From NCBI GenBank assembly GCA_963783375.1, contig CAWANH010000029.1:704001-768000 (forward strand): 64,000 bases of DNA. Direction: 5' to 3'. The DNA is from Candidatus Eiseniibacteriota bacterium. Its GTDB lineage: Bacteria; Eisenbacteria; RBG-16-71-46; JABDJR01. Positions within the stretch are counted from its first letter, which is position 1. The number at the start of each line of letters is the position of its first letter. Below the pieces are notes generated by a model. That model had not been told where the DNA came from. It saw only the letters and a list, made by a program, of their open reading frames with translations, and did not search any database. The position numbers and the translations under genes are program-made. Positions 46,163-55,175 of the stretch are shown in pieces.

Positions 46163-47146
46163 TTAGAAGCTCGGAGGGGACGTGTCAACGCCGGCGGCGC
46201 CGGGGGACCGCCGGGCGCGGAGGACGCCGGCGGTGAACAGCGGGAGCAGGATCTCGTGATGGCCGATCAGCTCCAATCCCTCTCCCCTTCCTCCCGCGGT
46301 CGGACGCTCCACCACGTTCACCCGGGGTCGATAATGACGGATGAAGTCGAAGTTGACGGTGGTGATCCCGGAGAGATCGGCGCCGAGATTCGCGGCCACC
46401 GAAAACGCCTTCAGGAAGACCTCGGGCAGAATCACCGCCGAACCGATATTGAGGGCCACTCCTCCCCGGAAATCCTCCAGCACCCCGCCCAGGATCCGGA
46501 AATCCCGCAGGGACGCGTCGCCGATGGCCGCTCCCTCCGCGGTCGGGTGCTGGTGGAGGATGTCGGTCCCGAGGGCCACGTGAACGGTGACCGGCCGCCC
46601 CAGTCGATGCGCGGCGGCGAGGACGCTCAATCCCCGTGCCGGGGCTTCGACCCGGTGAAGCGCCTCCCCCAGGGCCTCGCCCAGCCCCAACCCCTCCCGG
46701 GCCGCGCGACGGGTCACCTCGTTCATTTCCCGCGAGGTCTCGGCGGCCATGCCGAAGGTGGCCGAACCCAGCGCGGCCTCCACATCCTCGGAGGTGCGGC
46801 CGAAACGGGCCATCTCGTAGTCATGGATGGCCGCCGCCCCGTTCATCGCCACCGCGGTCAGGATCCCTTCGTCGAGGAGTTGGATCAGGAGCGGCCCGCA
46901 GCCGGTCTTGATCACATGCCCTCCGATCATGGCCAGCACGGGGCGACCCGCAGCGGCGGCCGCCGCGGTGGCATTCACCGCCCGGCGCAGGGTGCGCCCG
47001 GCGAGGATGTCGGGAAGCGCGTCGATGATCGAGGCCATCTCCGGGGTCACCGGCCGGGCGAAGTCCTCGGCGCGAACCTTGGAGGGGCGTTCGGAAACCG
47101 GTTGCGAACGAATGCCGGCCAGATCCGCCTCGCGAAAGCGGGTCAC
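46163..47146 (-). CDS. Conserved hypothetical protein with a deoxyhypusine-synthase-like fold
   Basis: LP.ILAG, GGHVIK.G, AMNGA..IHD.E, FGMA.ET, TVHVA.GTDI.H.HP, GSAVILPEVFLKA and GHHEI motifs. Confidence 0.6.
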   Translation of the reverse strand: MTRFREADLAGIRSQPVSERPSKVRAEDFARPVTPEMASIIDALPDILAGRTLRRAVNATAAAAAAGRPVLAMIGGHVIKTGCGPLLIQLLDEGILTAVAMNGAAAIHDYEMARFGRTSEDVEAALGSATFGMAAETSREMNEVTRRAAREGLGLGEALGEALHRVEAPARGLSVLAAAHRLGRPVTVHVALGTDILHQHPTAEGAAIGDASLRDFRILGGVLEDFRGGVALNIGSAVILPEVFLKAFSVAANLGADLSGITTVNFDFIRHYRPRVNVVERPTAGGRGEGLELIGHHEILLPLFTAGVLRARRSPGAAGVDTSPPSF

Positions 47147-48024
47147 GGCCGGTGAGCCTGCGCGTCGTCGGTACGCGCCCCTCCGAGGTTATCGGGGACG
47201 AGCCGTCCCATTCGGAAGGTTTCGAGTTCGGCGACGATGGAGCCCACGGCCACCTTGCTCTTCATCAGGACCGGCATGCGTCGGGCGTCGTCGGTAAGCC
47301 AGATGGTGAGGCTCCCCTCCTGCTTGAACAGGCCGGCGGACTTGAGAAGGGGCTCCACCACGATACAACGGAAGGTACCTGCCGGGACCTCCACCGTCTC
47401 CCGCCGGAGCACCCGTACCTGGAGCGGATGGTTCTTTCCGTCGGTGTGGTTGGGGATCCCCACGACGTCCCCCGGGTTCAGGGCGAGGGTGCGCACCAGA
47501 TAGAACGCGCTCAGGACATCCTGGGTCCCGGGTACGATCGGCACGCGCTTGCCGTCGGGATAGACCGCTTCCTCACGGGCGTGGTCGAAACGGACGATCT
47601 CGTCCTTGGCGTACTTCCCTTCCCGAATGTGCTTCTCGAATCTGAGGGGAATTCTCCGTCTCGCGGACCAGGTCGAAATCACGCGGTCGTTGACCGGAAA
47701 GAACGTGGAGAAGAACCGGCTGGACTCCGCGGTGGAAACCAGGCGATAGGCCATCTCGCCATCCACCATCTCGGACCCTTCCACCGCCAGCTCGGCATCC
47801 CCCGCCCGCACGAAGCCGAACTTCACTCCGAATCGGAACGCCTCGCCGGGGCCGAAGGGGATCACGCCGTCCCGGGCCTGGGCCCCGGATACGACCGGTT
47901 GCGAGGCCCCCTCCGGCATCGGGGGCGGGGCGGACATGGCGGGCTCCCACGCCGCCACGGCCAGAAGGGCGGCCAAGGCGATCGGGAAGATCCGTCGCGT
48001 AGGGGGCGCGTTGAGGAAGATCAC
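47143..48024 (-). CDS. DUF3108 domain-containing secreted protein
   Basis: Signal peptide, PF.PGE, AG.A.L, D.LSAFY..R, VPAGTF and IWLTDD.RR.PV motifs. Confidence 0.8.
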   Translation of the reverse strand: MIFLNAPPTRRIFPIALAALLAVAAWEPAMSAPPPMPEGASQPVVSGAQARDGVIPFGPGEAFRFGVKFGFVRAGDAELAVEGSEMVDGEMAYRLVSTAESSRFFSTFFPVNDRVISTWSARRRIPLRFEKHIREGKYAKDEIVRFDHAREEAVYPDGKRVPIVPGTQDVLSAFYLVRTLALNPGDVVGIPNHTDGKNHPLQVRVLRRETVEVPAGTFRCIVVEPLLKSAGLFKQEGSLTIWLTDDARRMPVLMKSKVAVGSIVAELETFRMGRLVPDNLGGARTDDAQAHRP

Positions 48025-48106
48025 GTCGTTGAACCGCCTTTCAGTGCGGGCGGCGAAGACCGGTCACCCGGTTGCCGACCCCGTTCCACGGCCCCCCTCC
48101 GGAGGC

Positions 48107-48559
48107 TCAGCTTCGCCCGGTGTGCCCGAACCCGCCCTCCCCCCGCTCGGTGGGCGGAAGTTCGCCCAGTTCCTCCAGGACCACTTCGGGGAGACGGGAG
48201 AACACGATCTGGGCGATCCGGTCGCCGTGCTCCACGGCGAACGCGGCGGAACCCAGGTTGCCCAGAATGACCCCGAGAGGCCCACGATAGTCGCTGTCGA
48301 TCGTGCCGGGGCCGTTCAGGACGGCGATCCCGTGCTTGAGCACCAGACCGGATCGTGCCCGAACCTGCCCCTCGAAGCCCTCAGGTATGGCCAAGGCCAG
48401 CCCGGTGGGCACGAGGACGATCCGCCCCGGCGGAATTTCGAGAGGATTGTCCAGGCAGGCCCTCAGATCGAATCCGGCCGATCCGACCGTGATCCGCTCC
48501 GGGGGCCTGGCCCGGGAGTGCACCCGAATATACCCGATCCTGGTCGGGTCGGATTCCAT
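48107..48559 (-). CDS. dut: dUTP diphosphatase
   Basis: AGFDL, RARSGL, GTIDSDYRG, GDRIAQ and RG.GGFGHTG motifs. Confidence 0.95.
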   Translation of the reverse strand: MESDPTRIGYIRVHSRARPPERITVGSAGFDLRACLDNPLEIPPGRIVLVPTGLALAIPEGFEGQVRARSGLVLKHGIAVLNGPGTIDSDYRGPLGVILGNLGSAAFAVEHGDRIAQIVFSRLPEVVLEELGELPPTERGEGGFGHTGRS

Positions 48560-49848
48560 CACGGGACCTCCAATTCCTCCACCCTGGAAAAAGGGTGGAA
48601 GGCGAAGTGCCCCCGGTTCACCGGCCCCAGCGCCACCAGGTTCTGGCGGGCGGGGTCCAGGAGGGTCTCCGCGGCGTCCATCACCTCGGATTCGCCGACC
48701 GCGTCGTACTCGGCCAGGACCTTCTCCACGTCCTCGGACTCCCCGGTTCGAAGCTCCACCCGGGCGAGCCGGGTCATGCGCTGGGTGAGGGATTCCATCC
48801 CCATGATGATCGAACCCCGGACCTGGGCCTTGGCCGCGTCCAGTTCACCCGCCCGGAGCCCCTCCCGGCGGAGGAGATCCATCTCCTCCAGAGTCCGCTC
48901 CAGGGCCTCGGTGCCCCGGGCCGGGGAAGTCCCCAGCGAGGTCCCGAAGAGGCCCACGTCGTCGAAATGCTCGGTGTAGGAATAGACGGAATAGGCCAGG
49001 CCCGCATCCTCGCGAATGGTCTGGAAGAGGCGGCTGGACATCCCTCCGCCGAAGAGTTCAGTCAGGAGATGCGCGGCCCGTCTCCGGGGGTCCACCTCCG
49101 AGGGAGCGGCGATGGCCAACGCAAGGTAGACCTGGGAAAGATCGCTGGGGTAGAGGGAGAGGGTGGACACCGCCGGTGACGGCGGCTGGCGCCGGCTCTC
49201 CGGATCCGTCCCGCCGAGCTCGAGGCGCTCGGCCAGCAGCGCGGCCAGCCGATCGGGGTCCACCGATCCGGCCGCGCTCACCACCACCCGGGAGGGTACG
49301 TATTCCTCCCGGTGGAAATTCCGCACCCGCTCCGCGTCGAGCGCGGACAGGGACTCCCGGGTCCCGAGGATCGGGGCCCCCAGGATGTCTCCCGGCCAGA
49401 GATGGGCGTGGGTCAGGTCTCCGATCAGATCTTCGGGGGCGTCCTCCACGCTTCGAAGCTCCTCCAGCACCACGTCCCGCTCCATCTCCACGTCCCCGGG
49501 GTCGAAGCGGGGTCGGGAGACCAGGTCGGTGAGCACGTCCACCGCCAGGTCCAGGTGCTCGTCGAGGACGCGGGCGTAGAAGCAGGTGGTTTCCTTGGTG
49601 GTGAACGCCTCCAGCGCCCCCCCCACCCGCTCCAGGCTGGCCGCGATCTCGCGGCCGGAACGGCGTTCGGTGCCCTTGAACACCAGGTGCTCGATGAAGT
49701 GGGCCATCCCCTCCCGGCCCGGGGTCTCGTCCCGGCTTCCCACCCGGAACCAGATTCCGAGCGCGGCGGAGCGGCGGCCGGGAACGATCTCCCCCACCAG
49801 TCGCGCCCCTCCGGGAAGGTCCCGCCGGAAGAAAGTCTCGCCGATCAT
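48559..49848 (-). CDS. M16 (pitrilysin) family zinc peptidase
   Basis: GSRDE, HFIEHLVFKGT (HxxEH), AFT.KE.T and GGGMSSRLFQ.IRE..GLAYSV motifs; conventional position after pnp. Confidence 0.92.
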   Translation of the reverse strand: MIGETFFRRDLPGGARLVGEIVPGRRSAALGIWFRVGSRDETPGREGMAHFIEHLVFKGTERRSGREIAASLERVGGALEAFTTKETTCFYARVLDEHLDLAVDVLTDLVSRPRFDPGDVEMERDVVLEELRSVEDAPEDLIGDLTHAHLWPGDILGAPILGTRESLSALDAERVRNFHREEYVPSRVVVSAAGSVDPDRLAALLAERLELGGTDPESRRQPPSPAVSTLSLYPSDLSQVYLALAIAAPSEVDPRRRAAHLLTELFGGGMSSRLFQTIREDAGLAYSVYSYTEHFDDVGLFGTSLGTSPARGTEALERTLEEMDLLRREGLRAGELDAAKAQVRGSIIMGMESLTQRMTRLARVELRTGESEDVEKVLAEYDAVGESEVMDAAETLLDPARQNLVALGPVNRGHFAFHPFSRVEELEVP

Positions 49849-50012
49849 GAAACTCCTTGTCTGATTGCCCGGGCGCCCCGATCCGGAGCAAAGGAAAACC
49901 CCGCCGAGCGGGGTTCACCGGTGACGGACCGCGCCGGGGGACGCGGCGATCCGGCCCCCCGCGCGCGAACCGATGCAATGCGTTGGCGGGCGCCGGTCGC
50001 CCGCTCGCGCGG

Positions 50013-52100
50013 TTACTCCTTGCTGACCAGGAGCGCCTTCCGGCTGAGCCGGATCTTGCCCTCGGGATCGACCCCGATGACCTTGACCCGGATACGGTCG
50101 CCCTCCTTGCAGACGTCCTCCACCCGCTCCACCCGGTGCAGATCCAGCTCGGAGATGTGGACCAACCCGTCCCGATTGGGGAGGATCTCCACGAAGGCTC
50201 CGAAGTTGGCCACCCGGCGCACCGTGCCCTCGTAGATCGCCCCCACCTCCGGATCGGCGGTGAGCCCCTTGATGATCTCCACCGCCCTCTGGCCCCCCTC
50301 GGAATCGTAGGCCGCGACCTTCACCGTGCCGTCGTCGTCGATGTCGATCTTGGCGCCGGTCTCGTCCTGGATCTTCCGGATGATCTTGCCGCCGGGACCG
50401 ATGATGTCGCGGATCTTCTCGGGGTTGATGGTGATGAGGATGATCCGCGGAGCGTAGACGCTGAGCTCGCTCCGGGGTTCGGACATGGCGGAGTACATGA
50501 TGTCGAGGATGTGGAGCCGGGCCTTCTTGGCCTTGTCCAGAGCTTCCTTCATGATGGCGGAGTTCAGGCCGCGCTTGAGCTTGATGTCCATCTGGATGGC
50601 GGTGATTCCCTTGCGGGTTCCCGCAACCTTGAAGTCCATGTCGCCGAGATGGTCCTCGACCCCCAGGATGTCGGTGATCACCGCGGTCTTCTCGTCGCCT
50701 TCGATGAGTCCCATGGCGATGCCCGCCACGTGGGCCTGGATCGGCACCCCGGCGTCCATCAGGGCCAGGCTCCCGCCGCACACCGTGGCCATGGAGGAGG
50801 AGCCGTTCGACTCCAGGATGTCCGAGACCACCCGGATGGTGTAGGGGAATCCCTCCTCGGAGGGAATCACCGGCTCCAGGGCGCGTTCGGCCAGCTTGCC
50901 GTGACCGATCTCCCGCCGTCCCGGACCGCGGATGGGTCGAACCTCCCCCACCGAGAAGGAGGGAAAGTTGTAGTGGAGGAGGAAGCTCTTCCAGGTCTCA
51001 CCTTCCAGCTGATCGAGCTTCTGCTCGTCGGATCCGGTGCCCAGGGTGGTGACCACCAGGGCCTGGGTCTGGCCGCGGGTGAAGACCGAGGAGCCGTGGG
51101 TCCGGGGAAGGAATCCCACCTCACAGCTGATGGGGCGCACGTCGTCCAATCCGCGCCCGTCCGCCCGCGCTCCCTCGTCGAGAATGCGGCTCCGCATGTG
51201 TTCCTTCTTGATCTTCCCCAGCACCGTCTTGACGTCGCGCGGGTTGTCCGGCCAGGTCTCGGCCAGGGCCTCCAGGGCATCGGCGACCACCGCACCGTAG
51301 GCCTCCTCGCGCTCGCTCTTGTCGGCGATGAGATTGGTCTCCTGAACGCGCTTGGCGTAGTCCGCCGTGACCCGTTCGGCCAGTCCGTCGGGCATGACCG
51401 GCACGACGAGCTCCCGCTTGGCCTTCCCCCCCTTGCCCATGAGCTCGCGCTGCGCCGCGCAGATCTGCTTGATCCCCACATGGGCGAACTCGAGGGCCTC
51501 GAGCATCTCCTCTTCCGAAGCCTGGCGCCCCCCCCCCTCCACCATCACGATGGAGGTCTCGGTGCCCGCCACCACCAGGTTCAACGCGCACTCGTCCTGC
51601 TCGAAGATGGTGGGGTTCAAGACCAGCTTGCCCTCGATGCGGCCCACCCGCACCGCGGCCAGGGGCCCGGGGAAGTTCACGTCGGAGAGGTTCACCGCGG
51701 TCGCCGCGGCGACCAGGCCGGGAACATCCGAATCGTTCTCCGCGTCGTGGGAGAGGACGTTGATGTGAACCTGGATCTCGCAGTTGAACCCCTCGGGAAA
51801 GAGCGGGCGGAGCGAGCGATCGGTGAGGCGGGAGGAAAGGATCTCCTTCTCCGTCGGGCGCCCTTCCCGCTTGAAGAAGCCTCCGGGAATCTTTCCCGCC
51901 GCGTACATCTTCTCCCGGTAGTCCACGGTGAGAGGCAGGAAGTCACGGTCGGGCCGACCCGTCTTCTCGGCGACCACCGCGGCCATCACCACGGTGTCCC
52001 CGTACCGCACGACTACCGCGCCGTTCGCCTGCCGGGCAACGTGGCCGGTCTCCATGGTGAAGGTCCGTCCGCCCAGGTCTATACTTACAGTCTCAAGCAT
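50013..52100 (-). CDS. pnp: Polyribonucleotide nucleotidyltransferase (PNPase)
   Basis: FLPLTVDY, GGFFKREG, RREIGHG, ESNGSSS and LGDMDFKVAG motifs; KH and S1 domains. Confidence 0.98.
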   Translation of the reverse strand: MLETVSIDLGGRTFTMETGHVARQANGAVVVRYGDTVVMAAVVAEKTGRPDRDFLPLTVDYREKMYAAGKIPGGFFKREGRPTEKEILSSRLTDRSLRPLFPEGFNCEIQVHINVLSHDAENDSDVPGLVAAATAVNLSDVNFPGPLAAVRVGRIEGKLVLNPTIFEQDECALNLVVAGTETSIVMVEGGGRQASEEEMLEALEFAHVGIKQICAAQRELMGKGGKAKRELVVPVMPDGLAERVTADYAKRVQETNLIADKSEREEAYGAVVADALEALAETWPDNPRDVKTVLGKIKKEHMRSRILDEGARADGRGLDDVRPISCEVGFLPRTHGSSVFTRGQTQALVVTTLGTGSDEQKLDQLEGETWKSFLLHYNFPSFSVGEVRPIRGPGRREIGHGKLAERALEPVIPSEEGFPYTIRVVSDILESNGSSSMATVCGGSLALMDAGVPIQAHVAGIAMGLIEGDEKTAVITDILGVEDHLGDMDFKVAGTRKGITAIQMDIKLKRGLNSAIMKEALDKAKKARLHILDIMYSAMSEPRSELSVYAPRIILITINPEKIRDIIGPGGKIIRKIQDETGAKIDIDDDGTVKVAAYDSEGGQRAVEIIKGLTADPEVGAIYEGTVRRVANFGAFVEILPNRDGLVHISELDLHRVERVEDVCKEGDRIRVKVIGVDPEGKIRLSRKALLVSKE

Positions 52101-52169
52101 CGAATTTCCTCCGCAATACGGGATATGGACCCCACTCGGGGCCCGGTCGTTTTCTCAGGATGAAAGCAA

Positions 52170-52439
52170 TTACTTGCGGAGACCCAGCTCCTTGACGATG
52201 GTGCGGTAGCGCTCGATCTGGTTGGCCTTCAGGTAATCGAGAAGGCGCCGGCGCTGTCCCACCAGCTTGAGCAGGCCTCGGCGAGAGTGATGGTCCTTCT
52301 TGTGAACCTGGAAATGATCGGTCAGGTACCGAATGCGTTCGGTGAGGAGCGCGATCTGGACCTCCGGGGACCCGGAGTCGTGATCGTGCAGGCGGTACTT
52401 GTCGATGATGTCCTTTTTTTGATCCTTGGTCAGAGACAT
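52170..52439 (-). CDS. rpsO: 30S ribosomal protein S15
   Basis: [13 protein letters not shown] and [25 protein letters not shown]; 89 aa. Confidence 0.98.
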   Translation of the reverse strand: MSLTKDQKKDIIDKYRLHDHDSGSPEVQIALLTERIRYLTDHFQVHKKDHHSRRGLLKLVGQRRRLLDYLKANQIERYRTIVKELGLRK

Positions 52440-52567
52440 GGCTTAACCTCCCAACGGTTCGGACCCACGCCACAACCCGGGTTGGGACCCAGCGAAGGGC
52501 GGATGGGACGTAGTCGTCCCGCGCAAATAAGACCAGCGGAAGACAGTAGCATCGGGCACAGCCCGCC

Positions 52568-53491
52568 TCAAGGCACTTTATGGGAGGGACCAGCGGGGGT
52601 CAAAAGCGCCCGGGCCCGCTTCGCGTCCCGGTGGATCTGATCGGATAACTCATTGAAATTATTGAATTTACGTTCATCGCGTAGGCGAGCTACGAACTCC
52701 ACTTCCAGGATCTTGCCGACCAGATCCTCCCGGAAATCCAGGATGTGCGCCTCAATCGTCTCACCGCGCCCCCCGAAGGTGGGCCGGTGGCCGATGTTGA
52801 CCACTCCACCGGCGCCCTCGAGGCCCGGGCCGAAGACCCGGACCGCGTAGACCCCCCCGCCCGGGCGCTGTTTTCCCTCGGTCACGGCCAGGTTGGCGGT
52901 GGGAAATCCGAGGCCTCGGCCCCTCCCCTCCCCCCGCACCACGCCCCCGGCCAGTCGGTAGCTCCGCCCCAGAAGCCGGCCCGCCTCCTCCACGCCCCCT
53001 TCGGCCAGGAGGCCCCGGATGCGGGTGGTGGAGATGGGTCTATCCCCCTCGGTCCTGGCCGGCACCCCTTCCACCGCGAAGCCGAGGCTCCGGCCCAGTT
53101 CCGTGAGATGGTCGACGTCCCCCGTTCGGCCCTTCCCCATGGCGAAGTCGTAGCCCACCACCAGGACGGCCAGGCGGTGATGGGGAAAGACGTGCTCGGC
53201 CAGGAAGCGGCGGGGGATCTTGGCGGCGAGCCGCCGGTTGAAGCCGAGGACCCGGACCTCGTCCGCCCCCGCTCCCCGGAGAAGCCCCACGTTCTCGCCG
53301 AGCAGGGCCAGCCGGGGGGGGGCGGGACGCCCGGAAAGGACGGCCAGAGGGGGCTCGTCGAAGGTGAAGACCACCAGCCGGGCCGAGGCGGCGTCGGCGC
53401 GGGCCCGGGCCCGTCCCACCACCGCGGCGTGTCCCCGATGGAAACCGTCGAAAACGCCGATGGTCACGACCGCGGTCCGCGACACGCTCAT
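52568..53491 (-). CDS. ribF: Bifunctional riboflavin kinase / FAD synthetase
   Basis: IGVFDGFHRGH, VGYDF..G, ISTTRIR, GRGLGFPTAN, NIGHRPTF, EAHILDF and RLRDERKF motifs. Confidence 0.95.
   Translation of the reverse strand: MSVSRTAVVTIGVFDGFHRGHAAVVGRARARADAASARLVVFTFDEPPLAVLSGRPAPPRLALLGENVGLLRGAGADEVRVLGFNRRLAAKIPRRFLAEHVFPHHRLAVLVVGYDFAMGKGRTGDVDHLTELGRSLGFAVEGVPARTEGDRPISTTRIRGLLAEGGVEEAGRLLGRSYRLAGGVVRGEGRGRGLGFPTANLAVTEGKQRPGGGVYAVRVFGPGLEGAGGVVNIGHRPTFGGRGETIEAHILDFREDLVGKILEVEFVARLRDERKFNNFNELSDQIHRDAKRARALLTPAGPSHKVP
52575..52603 (-). promoter_or_regulatory. Sigma70-type promoter of rpsO-pnp (inside the 3' end of ribF)
   Basis: Minus strand TTGACC-N17-TAAAGT. Confidence 0.55.
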
Positions 53492-54381
53492 CCCTCCGCA
53501 AACACCCGGAGGAGCCGGGGGGAGGCGCCCCCTTCCGCCAGGGCCAGCAGGTTGCCCGCCGCGTCGAGGAGCCGGTAACGCCCCGCCTCCGCGGCGAGCC
53601 GGCGCGGATCGGGGAAGGCGCCGTGGACCACCCTCCGGGCCTCCTCCTCCGGAAGCGTGATCTCCGGCCAGTCGGAGAGGACATCGGCGGGAGCCACCGC
53701 GCGCTCCAGCAGCTCCTCCCGGGAGAGGTCTTCCAGCCGGTCCGGATCGAGGGCGTCGGCGAGACGGAACGGGCCGATGGCGGTTCGCGCCAGGGCGTCC
53801 AGGGAGGCTCCGGAGCCCAGGGCCCGCCCGAGATCGTGAGCCAGGGTGCGAATGTAGGTTCCGGTGGAGCAGGTCACCTCCAGCACGGCCACCGGAGTGC
53901 GCCACTCCAGGAGCTCCAGCCGGCTCACCCGGCGCTCCCGCGGCGGGCGGACCACCTCCTCCCCCCGGCGGGCGAACTCGTACAGCCGTTCTCCGTCCCG
54001 CTTCACCGCGGAGTACATGGGGGGAACCTGGTGAATGCGCCCGCGAAAGGGGCCGAGCCCCCCTTCCAGGGTTTCCCGATCGATCCCCGAGACCGGATTC
54101 TCCTCGAGAACCGTTCCGGTGCGATCCTGGGTATCGGTCACCCGGCCGAAGCGGACCTCGGCCCGGTAGCTCTTCTCGTACTCGTGGAGGTACGGAACCA
54201 GCCCGGTGGCCCGCCCCCAAACCACCAGCAGAAGTCCCGAAGCGAATGGATCGAGGGTGCCGGCATGGCCCACCCGGCGGGTCCGAAGGGATCGAACCAC
54301 CCGATCCACCACCCACCGCGAAGTGGGCCCGGAGGGTTTGGCCAGAAGCAGGAGACCGGGGGGGACGGACGCCGGATTCAC
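53488..54381 (-). CDS. truB: tRNA pseudouridine(55) synthase
   Basis: KP.G.TS, GHAGTLDPFASG, TDTQD.TG, QVPPMYSAVK..G.RLY and CSTGTYIRTL motifs. Confidence 0.96.
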   Translation of the reverse strand: MNPASVPPGLLLLAKPSGPTSRWVVDRVVRSLRTRRVGHAGTLDPFASGLLLVVWGRATGLVPYLHEYEKSYRAEVRFGRVTDTQDRTGTVLEENPVSGIDRETLEGGLGPFRGRIHQVPPMYSAVKRDGERLYEFARRGEEVVRPPRERRVSRLELLEWRTPVAVLEVTCSTGTYIRTLAHDLGRALGSGASLDALARTAIGPFRLADALDPDRLEDLSREELLERAVAPADVLSDWPEITLPEEEARRVVHGAFPDPRRLAAEAGRYRLLDAAGNLLALAEGGASPRLLRVFAEG

Positions 54382-54758
54382 TCCTCCTCCGTGGGCTCCT
54401 CATCTCCCAGTTCCCCTCGCTCGTGGAGCTCCCCCAGGATCTCGGATATCCGGATGGCATGCTCCGCGGAACGATCGGGCCGGAAGTGGAGTTCCGGCGT
54501 GTGCCGGAGACGGATCCGGCGGCTGAGCTCGGTCCGGATGAAGCCGCGGGCGTGCTCGAGGGTGGCGATTCCCTGGTCCAGATCGTCTTCGGTGAGCGCG
54601 GAGATGAAGATCCGGGCCGAACGGAGATCGTCGGTCAGCTCCACCCCGGTGACGGTGATGAACCCGCGACGGGGATCCTTCAACCGGCGCTGGATGATCT
54701 CCGACAGCTCCACCTGGATCCGGTCGGCGACCCGATGCACTCTGGGATTGCTTGGCAT
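54378..54758 (-). CDS. rbfA: Ribosome-binding factor A
   Basis: R..RVA..I..EL, KDPR, DL..A and LRHTPEL.F..D.S motifs. Confidence 0.95.
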   Translation of the reverse strand: MPSNPRVHRVADRIQVELSEIIQRRLKDPRRGFITVTGVELTDDLRSARIFISALTEDDLDQGIATLEHARGFIRTELSRRIRLRHTPELHFRPDRSAEHAIRISEILGELHERGELGDEEPTEEE

Positions 54759-54792
54759 GAGCGTGCTTCCAGGATGAAAGAACCGAACCTCT

Positions 54793-55080
54793 TCAGATCG
54801 CGGGGCGCACGTCGCGCTCCACCCGGAGCAGGGTGGCCCGGGGGTCCCGAAGGACCGCCGACTCGATCTTTCCCACCAGATCCTCCAGGTAACCCCCGTC
54901 CGTCGAAACCGCCGCGGCCAGGAGCACGCCCCGCTGCCAGAGATCCTGTCCGTCCACTTCCGCCACCGAGAGGTTCATCTGACTCAACCGGGCTTTGAGC
55001 CCGTTCAGGACCGATCGCTTGGCTTTCAGGGAATGGGAGGCGGGCAGGAAGAGCTCGATCCGGTACACCCCCACGAACAT
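54793..55080 (-). CDS. DUF503 (YlxP) family protein
   Basis: MFVG...L.LP.SHSLK.KRSV and N.SVAEV..QDLWQR; usual position between infB and rbfA. Confidence 0.88.
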   Translation of the reverse strand: MFVGVYRIELFLPASHSLKAKRSVLNGLKARLSQMNLSVAEVDGQDLWQRGVLLAAAVSTDGGYLEDLVGKIESAVLRDPRATLLRVERDVRPAI

Positions 55081-55175
55081 GAGACCGCCCCCCTCCGACC
55101 AGTCTTCGATCCGGCGCGTCGGTCGGAGCCGCCGGCGGGGCCCGGGGCGGACCGGCCGGCCTCCCGTTAGGGCGC

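Noticed and set aside
21822-53322. Other long G/C runs (21822-30, 29700-08, 40226-33, 51528-37, 53314-22) as contingency loci
   Set aside because: All are in frame, encode Gly/Pro stretches and are expected at this GC content.
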